Shown: positions 1-11,209, numbered from the stretch's first letter. The stretch is DNA of 64,000 nt from an uncultured Chloroflexia bacterium (GCA_963765245.1 CAVXVP010000032.1:1899-65898); one strand, 5' to 3'. Program-made: numbers and translations. Notes: generated by a model from the sequence alone, not told the origin.

Positions 1-1
1 C

Positions 2-763
2 ACGGCCCCGACGGTCGCCATCGTCAAGCACACCGACCCGGTCGGGCTCGCCTCGCACGACGAGCTGGTCGAGGCCTACCGGCACGCCCTCGAGACCGAC
101 CCGGTCGCGGCCTTCGGCGGGATCGTCGGGGTCAACCGCGAGCTCGACGGGGCGACCGCCCGGGAGATCGCGGCGAACTCGTACGAGGCGGTCGTGGCGC
201 CCGGGTTCAGCCAGTCCGCGATCGGCATCCTGCGCGGCAAGCCCGGCCTCGAGCTGCTCGCGATCCCGCCCGACCCGACCGACGGCATGCGCGACTACGG
301 CATCGCCAGCCTCGACTTCAAGCGCGTCGCCGGCGGCCTGCTGGTCGAGAGCCAGGACGAGCTCGGGCTCGATCGCGGCCGGCTCCAGGTCGTCACCCAG
401 CGCCGGCCGACGCTCGAGGAGCTGACCGACATGCTGTTCGCGTGGCGGGCGGTCCGTCATGTGCGCTCGAACGCGATCGTCCTCGCGCGCAACGGCGCGA
501 CCGTCGGGATCGGCGCGGGCCAGGCCAGCCGCCAGGTCTCGGTCGAGATCGCGGTCCGCCGGGCGGGCGATCGGGCCAAGCTCGCGGTCCTCGCCTCGGA
601 CGCCTACTTCCCGTTCCCCGACGGCATCCAGGCCGCGGCCGGGGCCGGGATCACCGCGATCATCCAGCCGGGTGGCTCGATCCGCGACGAGATGGCGATC
701 GAGGTCGCCGACCGGCATCACATGGCCATGGTCTTCACGGGCCGTCGGCATTTCCGACACTGA
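2..763 (+). CDS. purH: bifunctional AICAR transformylase / IMP cyclohydrolase PurH, C-terminal part (5' end outside window)
   Basis: The frame is open from the window edge. The translation ([11 protein letters not shown]...[10 protein letters not shown]...[29 protein letters not shown]...AYFPFPDGI...[10 protein letters not shown]...[11 protein letters not shown]) matches the PurH C-terminal region. The stop TGA at 761-763 overlaps the next ATG. Confidence 0.9.
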   Translation, partial: TAPTVAIVKHTDPVGLASHDELVEAYRHALETDPVAAFGGIVGVNRELDGATAREIAANSYEAVVAPGFSQSAIGILRGKPGLELLAIPPDPTDGMRDYGIASLDFKRVAGGLLVESQDELGLDRGRLQVVTQRRPTLEELTDMLFAWRAVRHVRSNAIVLARNGATVGIGAGQASRQVSVEIAVRRAGDRAKLAVLASDAYFPFPDGIQAAAGAGITAIIQPGGSIRDEMAIEVADRHHMAMVFTGRRHFRH

Positions 764-1801
764 TGGACGGCATCGAGCCGGTGGGCGGCATCCCGGTGAT
801 GGCCCCGCCCGATCCGATGGAGCAGCTCCTCGCGCTCGAGATGATCCGGGTGACCGAGGCCGCGGCCATCGAATCGGCGCGGTTCATGGGTCGCGGCGAC
901 AAGGACGGCGCGGACGCCGCCGCGACCGAGGCGATGCGCCGGACGATGGACGAGATCGACTTCGCCGGCCGGATCGTCATCGGCGAGGGCGAGCGCGACG
1001 AGGCCCCGATGCTCTACATCGGGGAGCGGGTCGGGCGGACCGGCGCGGACCGCGACGACGTCCCGCGGGTCGATATCGCGGTGGACCCGCTCGAGGGCAC
1101 CAACCTCGTCGCCCACGGGCAGCCGGGGGCGATCACCGTCCTTGCGGCGTCCGAGGCGGGCGGCCTGACCCACGCCCCCGACACGTACATGGAGAAGCTG
1201 TGCGTCGGCCCGGTCGCGGCCGGCCACGTCGACATCCGGGCGACGCCGACCGAGAACCTCGAGAGCATCGCGCGGGCGCTCGGCCGCAAGGTGGCGGACA
1301 TCACGGTGGTCATCCTCGAACGGCCGCGCCACGACGCGCTGATCGCCGAGGTCAAGAAGGCCGGCGCCCGGATCAAGCTCATCGGCGACGGCGACCTGTC
1401 GGCCGCGATCTCGTGCGCTGTCTCGGGCACCGGCGTCCACGCGGTGATGGGCACCGGCGGCGCGCCGGAGGGCGTCATCACCGCGGCGGCACTGCGCTGT
1501 CTCGGTGGCGAGATCCAGGCGCGCTTCCGCTATCGCAGCGACGACGAACGCGAGCGTGGCACGCGGATGGGCCATGGTGACGAGGAGCGCGTCTACCGGA
1601 CCGAGGACCTCGCGCCCGGCGAGAACCTCGTCTTCGCCGCCACCGGGCGTGACCACCGGCGACCTGCTGCAGGGCGTCCGCTTCTTCGGTGGCGGGGCGC
1701 GGACCCATTCGCTGGTGATGGCCTACGGGGCCAAGCAGGTCCGCTTCGTCGACACCGTCCACATGTTCGACCGCGACAGCCCGCCACGGGTCAGGCTCTA
1801 G
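763..1801 (+). CDS. glpX: class II fructose-1,6-bisphosphatase GlpX (frame broken once near 1645)
   Basis: ATG 763 overlaps the purH stop (ATGA). [37 protein letters not shown]...[13 protein letters not shown]...[12 protein letters not shown]...[23 protein letters not shown] is GlpX-like. The C-terminus ([22 protein letters not shown]...) continues in the next frame after an extra G in the run at 1645-1647. Stop is at 1799-1801. Confidence 0.85.
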
Positions 1802-1809
1802 GGTCGTCC

Positions 1810-2808
1810 GTGCGCTACGGCTACAAGGCATCGGCCGAGCAGTTCCCGCCACGCCGCCTGCTCGACCTGGCGGTCGCCGCCGAAAAGGCCGGCTTCGACT
1901 CGGTCTGGACCAGCGACCACTTCCAGCCGTGGCGGCACACCGACGGTCACGCGCCCAACGCGCTCGTCTGGCTCGGTGCCGCGACACAGGCGACCGAGCG
2001 GGTCACGCTCGGCACCAGCGTCCTGACGCCGTCGTTCCGCTACAACCCGGCGGTCGTCGCCCAGGCCTTCGCGACGCTCGGCTGCCTGGCGCCCGGCCGG
2101 GTCATCCTCGGCGTCGGCACCGGGGAGTCGATGAACGAGATCCCGGTCGGCGTCGACTGGCCGGAGCAGAGCGAGCGGTTCGCGCGGCTCAAGGAGTCGG
2201 TGACGCTCATCCAGCAGCTGTTCCGCGAGGACTTCGTCACGTTCGAGGGCGAGTACTACCGGACCCACAACGCGACGATCTACGACAAGCCCGACGAGCC
2301 CGTGCCGATCTACATCGCGGCGTCGGGGCCGGCCGCGGCGCGGCTCGCCGGGCGGATCGGCGGATGGGTTCATCTGCACCTCGGGCAAGGGCGCGGAGCT
2401 GTACACGGAGACGCTCCTGCCCGGCGGTCGACGAGGGCGCGGCCAAGGCCGGCCGCGACGCGATCGACGCTCGACCGGATGATCGAGATGAAGGTCAGCT
2501 TCGACACCGACCGGGCCCGGGCGATGGAGGACACCAAGGTCTGGTCGGCGCTCGCGCTGTCGGGCGAGCAGAAGGTGGGCGTCGACGACCCGCGCGAGAT
2601 GGAACGGCTGGCCAAGACCGTCGAGGACGTCGCCCACCGACGCTGGCTGGTGTCGTCCGACCCGGACGAGCACGTCGAGCAGATCGCGACCTACGTCGGC
2701 TACGGCTTCGACCACCTCGTCTTCCACTTCCCGGGCGACGACCAGGAAGCGGCGATCGCCCGCTACGGCGAGCTGATCCTGCCGCGGCTACGAGCCCGCT
2801 TCGGCTGA
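1810..2808 (+). CDS. fgd: F420-dependent glucose-6-phosphate dehydrogenase (luciferase-like monooxygenase family); three compensating +1 insertions
   Basis: GTG start at 1810. [10 protein letters not shown]...[13 protein letters not shown]...[27 protein letters not shown]...[12 protein letters not shown]...[12 protein letters not shown]...MIEMKVSFD...[13 protein letters not shown]...HLVFHFPG is collinear with mycobacterial Fgd1 as I remember it. The segment [35 protein letters not shown] is only readable by hopping frames at about 2362, 2424 and 2470. Confidence 0.85.
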   Translation: MRYGYKASAEQFPPRRLLDLAVAAEKAGFDSVWTSDHFQPWRHTDGHAPNALVWLGAATQATERVTLGTSVLTPSFRYNPAVVAQAFATLGCLAPGRVILGVGTGESMNEIPVGVDWPEQSERFARLKESVTLIQQLFREDFVTFEGEYYRTHNATIYDKPDEPVPIYIAASGPAAARLAGRIGGWVHLHLGQGRGAVHGDAPARRSTRARPRPAATRSTLDRMIEMKVSFDTDRARAMEDTKVWSALALSGEQKVGVDDPREMERLAKTVEDVAHRRWLVSSDPDEHVEQIATYVGYGFDHLVFHFPGDDQEAAIARYGELILPRLRARFG

Positions 2809-4055
2809 CGCGGCGAGCGTCTCGCGCAGGATCGCCACGAACCGCTCGATCTCGTCGACGGTGGTGTAGAGCGGGATCGGGGCGACGCGGATGAGGTCGG
2901 GGGCTCGGTAGTCGGCCACGACGCCGCGGGCGGCGAGCCGGGCGAGGAGCGCCTCGGCATCGTCGTGGCGAAGCGAGAGCTGGGCGCCGCGGGCGGCCGG
3001 GTCGCGCGGGGTGATGATCTCGATCGGGACGTCCGCCAGGCACGCCTCGAGGTGGCCGGTCAGCGCGATCGGACCGCGCACGGATCGCCGGCATCCCGAC
3101 CTCGTCGAAGATGGCGAGCGAGGCCGCGACCGGCGCGAGCGCGAGGATCGACGTCGTCGAGGTCGCCCAGCCGGCCGCGCCCTCGGCCGGCACGAACGGC
3201 CCCTCGGGGTCGAAGCGCACGTCCGGATCGAGTCCCCACCAGCCGCCGAGACGCGGGATCGACGCGGTCGCGCGCGTGGCGCTCGTGGACGAAGATCGAG
3301 CCCACCGAGCCCGGGCCGCCGTTCAGGTACTTGTAGGTGCACCAGGCGGCGAAGTCGACGTCCCAGTCGTGGAGCGACAGCTCGATGTTGCCGGCGGCGT
3401 GCGCCAGGTCCCAGCCGACGACCGCGCCCGCGTCGTGGCCGGCGGCGGTGAGCCGCTCGATCTCGAGCGCCTGCCCGGTCGCGAAGTTGACGCCGCTCAG
3501 GAAGACGAGGGCGAGGTCGTCCGCGTGCACGGCGATGGCCGTCTCGAGGTCCTCGGTCCGGACGAGGTGCTCACCCTCGCGCGGGCCGATGACGACGAGG
3601 TCCGTCGCCGGGTCCAGCCCGCGCTGCGCGAGGTGGCTCGTCAGGGCGTGCCGGTCGGACGGGAAGAGCGGCCCGTCGGCGAGGATCCGCCGGCGCCGGC
3701 CGTCGGGCCGGAAGAACGAGGCGAGCAGCAGATGGATGTTGACGGTCAGGCTGTTGAGCAGCGCGACCTCGATCGGGCGCGCCCCGACGATCCGTGCCAT
3801 CGACTCGCGCAGCGACGTGTCGAGCGTGAACCACGGACGCGCCGGGTCGAACCAGGCGTCGACGCCGAGGCGCGCCCAGGCGTCGAGTTCGGTCGCGATC
3901 GCCGCGGCCGCGGTCCGCGGCTGCAGCCCGAGCGACTGCCCCGCCAGGTAGATCGCGGGCGAGCCGTCGGGCGCGGTCGGGATGTGGAACCGGTCACGCC
4001 ATGCCGGCGTCAGCGCTTCGGCCGCGTCGCGTGCCGGCGCGTCGTCCTCGGTCAT
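2788..4055 (-). CDS. kynU: kynureninase (PLP-dependent), frame broken about twice (near 3260 and 3068)
   Basis: ATG (cat at 4053-4055). [13 protein letters not shown]...[15 protein letters not shown]...[20 protein letters not shown]...[11 protein letters not shown]...[15 protein letters not shown]...[48 protein letters not shown], then [21 protein letters not shown]...[16 protein letters not shown] and [11 protein letters not shown]...[15 protein letters not shown] lie in two other frames. Its 3' end overlaps fgd convergently by 21 bp. Confidence 0.8.
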
Positions 4056-4107
4056 GGGCCGGTCTCCGCTGTCGGGCGATCTCGCGAACGGAGGGTAGCA
4101 TTCGACG

Positions 4108-5118
4108 ATGCGTGGACCTCGATCCAGGCGGCCTGCCGCCCTCGCAGCGACCGTTCTCTGACCGCCGTCCTGCTTGCGCGGATGCGGCGGCCGCCATCCG
4201 CCTCGGGCGACCGCGCCACCGGCGACGGCGCCGGCAGCGCACACCGAGCGCCGCGACCACGGCCGAGTCGCACCGTCGCCGCCGACGCTCGCCCCGACCC
4301 CGGTCCCGTCCGACGGCTCCGACCGCCGGCCAGGAGCGCACCGACGCCTTCGGCATCGCGCAGGTCTGGGTCCCGGCCGGGACGTTCACGATGGGCACCG
4401 ACGCCAAGGCGATCGCGGCCCTCGAGGCGCAGTCACCGCCGACTGGGTCTCGCCCGAGTTCCCGAGCGAGCAACCGGCCCACGAGGTGACGCTCACGAAG
4501 GGCTATTGGATCGACAAGGACGAGGTCACGAACGCGGCCTTCGCGGCGTTCGTCGACGCCGGCGGCTACACGAACCAGGCGCTCTGGTCGGCGGACGGCT
4601 GGTCGTGGCTCGGCGGCAAGAAAGCGTCGAGCCTGCCGCTCCACTGCCACGGCGACGTCGCGGAGCAGCCGCGGATGTGCCTGACCTGGTACGAGGCGGA
4701 GGCGTACGCCGCCTGGCGCGGCGGCCGGCTGCCGACCGAGGCCGAATGGGAGTACGCCGCGCGCGGCCCGAAGTCCACGGTCTATCCGTGGGGCGACACG
4801 TTCGATCGCGAGAAGGCGAATGTCCTCAACAGCGTCGCTCCGAAGCCGGTCGGGAGCTATCCGACCGGCGCGAGCTGGGTCGGCGCCCTCGACATGGCCG
4901 GCAACGCGATGGAGTGGGTCGCCGACTGGCTCGCGGTCGACTACTACGCGACGAGCCCGAAGACCGATCCGACCGGCCCGGCGACCGGCACGATCAAGGT
5001 CGAGAAGGGCGGCTGGTGGGGGAGCAACGAGTTCGTGGCGCGCTCGGCCTACCGCCACTACGAGGATCCGCCGACCTACGGCGACAAGCACATCGGCTTC
5101 CGGGTCGCCTCGCAGTGA
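4108..5118 (+). CDS. formylglycine-generating-enzyme (SUMF1/FGE-sulfatase) family protein, probably secreted or lipoprotein; N-terminal third frame-scrambled
   Basis: The C-terminal 230 aa are intact: EFPSEQPAHEVTLTKGYWIDKDEVTNAAF...CLTWYEAEAYAAWRGGRLPTEAEWEYAARG...YPWGD...GNAMEWVADW...VEKGGWWGS...ARSAYRHYEDP...IGFRVA. GIAQVWVPAGTFTMGTD lies in another frame, with a shift near 4440. The candidate start ATG 4108 is preceded by GGAGGG and encodes MRGPRSRRPAALAATVL (signal-like). The exact path through 4108-4440 is unresolved. Confidence 0.6.
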
Positions 5119-5829
5119 GCCGGCCGACGATCGTCGCGATGGGTGGCGGCGGGTTCTCGATGGAACCGGACAACCCGCTGCTCGACGATCACGTCCTCGA
5201 CCTGGCCCGCGCCGAGCGCGGCCGGGAACGGCCGCGCGTCTGCTTCCTCGCGACGGCGAGCGGCGACTCGCCCGCCTACATCGCGTCGTTCTACGCGGCC
5301 TTCGCTCGCCGCGCCGAGGCGAGCCATCTCGCGCTGTTCATCCGGACCGTCGACGACGTCGAGTCGTTCCTGCTCGACCAGGACGTCGTCTACGTCGGCG
5401 GCGGCAACACCGAGAACATGCTCGCGATCTGGCGCGTCCACGGCGTCGATCGGGCCCTCGGTCGGGCCTGGGAGTCGGGCGTCGTGCTGACCGGGCTCTC
5501 GGCCGGGTCGCTGTGCTGGTTCGAGACCGGGTCGACCGATTCGTTCGGCGGGCTGGCGCCGCTGTCGCGCGGTCTCGGGTTCCTGGCCGGCAGCCATTCG
5601 CCGCACTACGACGGCGAGGCGACCCGACGCCCGCACTACCACCGGCTGGTCGCCGACGGGCACGCTGCCGGCCGGATATGCCGCCGACGACGGCGCCGCG
5701 CTCGTCTTCGACGGCACCGAGCTGGCCGAGGTCGTCGCGTCGCGACCGGACGCGCGCGGGTATCGCGTCGAGCGCGGACCGGCCGGCACGGCCGTCGAGA
5801 CCGAGCTACCGACCCGCTACCTCGGCTGA
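5115..5829 (+). CDS. peptidase E-like S51 family protein (frame broken once near 5657)
   Basis: GTG 5115 overlaps the preceding stop (GTGA). IVAMGGGGFS...RVCFLATASGDS...DVVYVGGGNTENMLAIWRVHGVD...VLTGLSAGSLCWFE (GxSAG nucleophile elbow)...GSHSPHYDGE. The tail GTLPAGYAADDGAALVFDGTELAEVV...TRYLG is read after an extra G in gacGGGcacg. Stop is at 5827-5829. Confidence 0.7.
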
Positions 5830-6460
5830 GGCTCCTCGGACCGCGACGGGCGCCACCGGCGACGCCTCGGATCCCACTCCCCGATCGGCGCGGACCGCGT
5901 CGGGACCCTCCTCCCGCTCCCGCCGGCGGCGCGCCGTTTCGACCGTCTCTCCCCAGCCGGGCGGCACGAGTCGCGGGACGAGGTCGGCCAGCGGGGCGAG
6001 CACGAACAGGCGCGATCGCGCCGCTGGATGCGGGACCTCGAGGATCTTGGCGGCCTTCGCCGGGTCCGACTCCGCATCGATCGATCGCGCCGCCGCTGGG
6101 CGCTCGATGTTGACGCGAGCCCGCCCGAAGACGAGCAGGTCGAGATCGAGCTCGCGCGGGCCCCAGCGCTCGCGCGTCCGGCGACCGAACTCGCGCTCGA
6201 GCGCCTTGAGCGCGGACAGGAGGGCGATCGAGCCGCCGTTCCGGGTCCGGCAGGGCGGGGACGTCGAGCGCGACCACGGCATTGCGGAACTCGGGCTGGT
6301 CGGTGACGCCGACCGGCTCCGTCGCGTAGAGGCGCGAGACGCCACGGAGTCGCGTGCCCGGGAGCGCGGCGAGCGCCCGGACCGCCTCGGTCAGGGTCGC
6401 CTCGGCGTCGCCGAGGTTCGCCCCGAGGCCGACGTACGCGCGGACCGTTCGCTCGGACAC
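5806..6460 (-). CDS. folK: 2-amino-4-hydroxy-6-hydroxymethyldihydropteridine pyrophosphokinase FolK (frame broken once near 6240)
   Basis: GTG start (cac at 6458-6460). RAYVGLGANLGDAEATLTEAVRALAALPGTRLRGVSRLYATEPVGVTDQPEFRNAVVALDV is followed in another frame by IALLSALKALEREFGRRTRERWGPRELDLDLLVFG...LEVPHPAARSRLFVLAPLADL, the typical HPPK pattern. The extent of the C-terminal tail is uncertain. Confidence 0.75.
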
Positions 6461-6520
6461 GTCGCCAGTATCGGGCCGCCCGCGACCGGCCGGGGCGGTA
6501 GGCCCCGCTAGACTCGACCG

Positions 6521-7611
6521 ATGCCGCCGGTCGCCGTTCGAATCCTCCATCCAGAGCCGGATCCGGCGGTCCGGCCCGCTCACGCGCTGGGTCGCGGATG
6601 CCCGGGCGACGCTCGCCGAGCACCACCGTCGTGGGTTCGTCGCCGCCGGCGCCGACGACGTGGCGATCGTCGGCGGCCGCCCCGGACGACCGGCCCTTCG
6701 GTGACCGCCTGCGTGAGCTCGTCGCGGACGTCGGGGAGGGCGGGCTGGTCGTCCTCGGTTCCGGGTCGATCCCGTTGGCCACGGCGAGCGACCGGAAGGC
6801 GTTCGTCGCGGTGGCCGCCGGGGAGGCGCGCCGCGCGCTCGCCAACAACCGCTACTCGGCGGACGTGGTGGCGATCGCGCGGGCCGAGACCCTGCCCGCG
6901 ATCCCGGACCTGCCGGGCGACAACGCCCTGCCGCGCTGGCTCGACGAGGTCGCCGGCTACCAGGTCGACGACCTGCGCCGCCGCTGGCGGCTCGCGATCG
7001 ACATCGACGGACCGCTCGACCTCGTCCTCGTCGGCGCCGGCGAGGGAAGCGACCCAGCCGACCTCTCGTTGCTCGCATCGCGGATGGACGCGCTCCGTGC
7101 CGTCGCCGCCGACCCGCGCGCCGAGCTGCTGGTGGCCGGGCGGACCTCGTCGGGAACGCTGGCCTGGCTCGAGCGGCACACGGCGGCACGCACGCGGGCG
7201 TGGGTCGAGGAGCGCGGTCTTCGCGCGGCATCGCGCGTGGCGCAGGGCGAGGTGACCGCCGCGCGGCGCCCCGACCGACCGCCCGGATCGATCCTCGGCC
7301 TCCTCCTCGACCGCGACGGCCCGGGGTCGCTTGGCGACCATCTCGCCCGTTTCGCCGACGCGGCGATCGTCGACACCCGGGTCCTGCTCGCCCATCGGGT
7401 CGGGGCCGAGGAGGCCGGCTGGCCCGCAACGGAGGACCGTTTCGCATCGGACCTGCTGCTCGCCGAGCGCATCGCCGATCCGTGGCTGCGCGAGCTGACG
7501 GCGTCGGCCGCGGCGGCCCCGATCCCCGTCCTGCTCGGTGGCCACACGCTCGTCGGACCGGGCGTGCGACTGGTCGTCGGCGGGACGCCGGGGCGCGCGC
7601 CATGGACGTGA
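6521..7611 (+). CDS. conserved hypothetical protein (function unknown; about two frame breaks in the first 170 nt)
   Basis: A 337-aa ORF at 6598-7611 has protein-like composition (GLVVLGSGSIPLATASDRKAFVAVAAGE...DIDGPLDLVLVGAG...IPVLLGGHTLVGPGVRL). A plausible N-terminus (LTRWVADARATLAEHHRRGFVAAGADDVAIVGG) lies in another frame. ATG 6521 is a guess. I recognise no family. Confidence 0.4.
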
Positions 7612-8808
7612 CGCCGGGCATCCGGCGCGATCCCGTCCCGGACCTCGATGCGGTCGGGCAGGACGACGGTCTCGTGGCGCGCATCCACGAGACGATCGCC
7701 CGCGACGGGCCGATCACGTTCGCCCGGTTCATGGACCTCGCCCTGTACGACCCCGACGGCGGCTACTACCGGGCCGAGGCGGCGCGTCCCGGTCGCGACG
7801 GCGACTTCCTGACCGCCCCGGAGGCGCACCCGATCTTCGGCGCCGCGCTGTCGCGGGCCGTCGCGGACGCGTGGGACCGGCTCGGCCGGCCGGAGCCGTT
7901 CGTGCTGCGCGAGTACGGCGCCGGGACCGGGACGCTCGGCGCTCGCCATCCTCGACGGCCTGCACGCGGAGCGGCCGGACCTCGCGGCCCGCGATCCGCT
8001 ACGAACCGATCGAGGTCGAGCCGCGCCGGCTCGAGGCGATCGCCGCGCGGCTGGAGGCGGCCGGTCACGGCGCTCGCCTGGCGCATGCCGCGCGTCGACC
8101 GGAGCGCCCGGTCGACGGGGTTCGTCCTCGCCAACGAGGTCCTCGACGCGCTTCCCGACGCACCGCGTCGTCGCACGCGGGCCGGCGCCCTGCGCGAGGT
8201 CCTCGTCGGATCGCGCGACGGCGCGTTCGTCGACGTCGAGGCCGACCCGATCCACGCCGGCGCTTGCGCGCCGTCTCGCCGACGAGGGCGTCACGCTCGC
8301 CGACGGCCAGCGCGCGGAGATCTGCCTCGCGGTCGACGGCTGGATCGCCGCCGCCGCGGCCGGTCTCGCGCCGCGGCGTCCTGCTGCTCATCGACTACGG
8401 CTACCCCGCGGCCGAGCTCTACGACCCGGTCCGGCGTCGCGACGGCACGCTCCGCGCCTACCTCCGCCACCGCGTCCACGACGACCCGTACATCCACGTC
8501 GGACGCCAGGACCTGACCGCCCACGTCGACGTCACCGCCGTCGAGCGGGCCGCGGCGGCCGCCGGCCTCGAGCCACCTCGGGACCACGACCCAGGCCGAG
8601 TTCCTCGTCGGCCTCGGCACCGAGGACCTCCTGCGCGCCATCCAGGCCGATCCCGGCGACGACGATGGAGGACTACCTCGCGGTCCGCTCGGCCCTCGTC
8701 CGGCTGCTCGACCCGGCCGCGATGGGCCGCTTCCGGGTCATGGCCTTCGGGCGCGACTGGCCGGACGGTCCGCCGCTCGCCGGTCTCGGGTATCGCCTCG
8801 CTCGATAG
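7602..8808 (+). CDS. MidA/NDUFAF7-type SAM-dependent methyltransferase (DUF185); at least 5 frame breaks
   Basis: ATG 7602 overlaps the upstream stop. ITFARFMDLALYDPDGGYYR...GDFLTAPEAHPIFGAALSRAVADAWDRLGRPEPFVLREYGAGTGTL, then IRYEPIEVEPRRLEAIAARLEAAG, FVLANEVLDALP, LADEGVTLADGQRAEICLAVDGWI, GVLLLIDYGYPAAELYDPVRRRDGTLRAYLRHRVHDDPYIHVGRQDLTAHVDVTAV, TQAEFLVGLG and MEDYLAVRSALVRLLDPAAMGRFRVMAFGRDW are scattered over all three forward frames in the right order. Stop TAG is at 8806-8808. Confidence 0.7.
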
Positions 8809-8822
8809 CCTCCCGCCTCGGA

Positions 8823-11209
8823 TCAGGGTTCGATCTGGATCGAGTCCACGATCTGCCGGAGCTCCGTCTTGACAGTCTCGGAGGCCCTCTGGGGCGAGAA
8901 GGCATCGATCACCAGGGGAGCGCCATCGACGTCGAGGATCCACACCCGATCGACCTCGTTGCGGGCGCTTGGCGAGCTCGCCGGCCATCCGTCGCACCCT
9001 CCCCAGCCACAGTCGATCTCGGCGGCCGTCCTAGTGAACTCGAGGTACTTCCCGCGATAGCCATCGAGCGTGACGTCCGTGTTCTACCGACATGTCGATC
9101 GGCGGCAGACCCGCGAGGAACGCGACGAGATCGTCGACGGTTGCGCGCCCGTCGACAGAACGCGCCCGCTTGGCGCAGTACTCCGTGTCGAGGTTGTCGA
9201 CCATCACGATCCTGATGCCGGCTTCCCCTTCGTCCCGGGTCAGGCCGCCGACGTCGTAGAACCGACGCTCTCTCACGACTGTCCAGCCCTGCGCGACGGT
9301 CATCGAGAGACGCAATGGGAACGGATCGTCGAGGACGTAGGTGCCGTCCAGCAGCGCCCAGGCGCGGCGACGTCGCCGCCCTCCGGCGCGTCAGGCTTGG
9401 CGACGTCGCCGCCCTGCCCCCGTCAGGCCTGGCGACGTCGCCGCCCTGCCCCGCGTCGGGCGTGGCGATGAGCCACCCGGCATCGGGGGCATAGTCGGTC
9501 GCCACGACCCGACCATTCACGATCACGGACGCCCACGTATAGAAGGGCACGTCCACCTTGACGCCCCGGGTCTTCGTTCCCCCAGTCGTATCGAACTCGT
9601 GGCCGAACCTGAAGCGGGCACCGTCACGGCCGGTGCTAAAACCCTCTCGGTCGCCATATCCCGGATAGCCGCTGTTGAAGCCGGTGGCCATGTACATGGC
9701 AAAGTCCTTTTCCACCGCCCACTCGGTTCGACCAGTGTCGAGATCCGTGCGCCACTCCCGGTGGTGGGACGACTCATCGCCGGCCTCGCGTGGCAGGTTG
9801 TCGATCCCGTAGCGCCAGTCGGGGACGCCGTCGCGATCATCGTCGACGACCACGCCGTAGGCGATCCATGCCTCCGACGGCTCCACGTCCGGCGGCCGGT
9901 TCGAGACGAGGTCGAGGAACACATCGTAGGTGTCGACCGTCACGTCGCGGATGTCGATGCAGGGGAGGACGTCGGATCCGGTGTCGCCCGATGGATCGAC
10001 GTAGGTGGGCAGGCATCGGCAAGACGCTCGCCGCCTCCAGCCGGCTCGGGGCGGACCGGCGCGGGCCAGTCCTCCTTCAGACTCTCCCGGGTCCAGGCCA
10101 GTGGGACCGGTCGGCTGGCTCGGGTCTCCCGGCGGAACCGGGCACGTCGCTCGTGTTTGGACGCTCGGTGGGCATCGGAGTGGGCGCGGGCTCGGGGGGC
10201 GGCGTGGCCTCCGCTTCCGGAGTCGGACAGTTCCGAGATGCCGGGCGCGACCGCTCGTTCGGAAGATCCCGCGTGCAGATGTACGCGCTGTACTCGTCCT
10301 CCGACATGCGGGCGACGCCCTCCGGCGGTTCGAACAGCGCCGCCGGCTGCTCGCCGAATGCGATCTCGGTGACCTCGGTCGGACTCGACCCGGGATGGGT
10401 TGACCGCGTCATCGACCGCAGGCCCCTGGGTGCGCAGGATCAGCCGGGTCTCGATGTCGATCCAGAGGTCGCCGACACACGCGACATGGTGCGTGGGGCG
10501 CCCCGCGACGTATTCGACGACCGACGTATCGCCAGCCCGCTGCCGCGGTACCGTTGCCGACCTCACTCGAGTCGCGCTCCATCTCGCAGCCCGGCCCCGT
10601 TTCGCCGGCATTGAGGACGGTGCGGATGAACACCCGCGGGTCGTCTCCGATGGCCTCGTGCCCTTGTTCGACCCAGACCGCCTCGGACTCGACGGTCACC
10701 ATCCCGCTGATGCGGTGGTTGGCGCTGAGGATCGTGTAGCTGGAGGGCTCCGTCGCATCGGCGGACGCGAACCGATCGAATCGGACCGCGCCCGACCGAT
10801 CGACGTAGATGCGGCCCTTGGCCGAGTCGCTGTCGTGCCACGTGAGGGCGACGGGCGGCAGCTGGGGCAGCCGCTCGTGGCTCGAGAGGACGAACGCCGG
10901 GAGGTCGGCCGGCGGCTCCAGGCTCAATTCGTGGAAGGGGTCCCGCTGGAGGAGGCGCAACGCCCCGACCGCCGCGGCACTCGCGAACGCCAGCGCGACC
11001 AGGAGCGCCGCGGCGATGAGCAGGCTCCGTCGGCGGGCGACCGGGTCGGCATCGCTCAGGGCACCGAGGAACGAGGGGAACGCCCGCAGCTGGGCGGTGG
11101 TCTCGGCCGCGTCGAGGACACGCTCGCGCAGGCCGCCGGCGGCCGCTCCGGCAGGTGGGCACGCAGCGCCTGGGAGATCTGGGCGTCGGTCAACGGGTCG
11201 GGCGTTCAT
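8823..11209 (-). CDS. anti-sigma-factor-like single-pass membrane protein with a large extracytoplasmic region (may be two genes); many frame breaks
   Basis: ATG 11209 overlaps the sigma-factor stop (ATGA). The order is an N-terminal anti-sigma-like peptide, then TM LLIAAALLVALAFASAAAVGAL, then a LolA/RseB-like stretch (RIYVDRSGAVRFDRF...SYTILSANHRISGMVTVESEAVWVEQ...VEYVAGRPTHHVACVGDLWIDIETRLILRTQGP...VTEIAFGEQPAALFEPPEG). A Pro/Thr linker follows, then DIRDVTVDTYDVFLDLVSNRPP...DDDRDGVPDWRYGIDN...FYTWASVIVNGRVVATDYAP, then GGDVA-PDA repeats. The C-terminal domain ...DGYRGKYLEFTRTAAEIDCGWGGCDGWP...VWILDVDGAPLVIDAF...IVDSIQIEP ends at the stop 8823-8825. The pieces are spread over three frames. 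Confidence 0.45.
9360..9465. repeat. three tandem ~33-bp coding repeats, each containing the 12-bp palindrome GGCGACGTCGCC
   Basis: GGCGACGTCGCCGCCCT occurs at 9366, 9399 and 9431, with spacings of 33 and 32 nt. On the minus strand this encodes a repeated ...PDAxxGGDVA... peptide. The 32-nt spacing breaks the frame. Confidence 0.8.

Noticed and set aside
442-2808. A 788-aa ORF spanning purH, glpX and fgd
   Set aside because: It is a read-through artefact. Its first ~105 aa are an out-of-frame, Arg/Pro/Gly-rich reading of purH. The remainder is glpX and fgd, joined only because no stop falls in that frame after the glpX frameshift.
9360-9465. A possible CRISPR-like or regulatory repeat array (three palindromic repeats)
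   Set aside because: There are only three units, directly adjacent with no unique spacers, lying inside a coding region and translating to a repeated peptide. No cas genes are present in the window.
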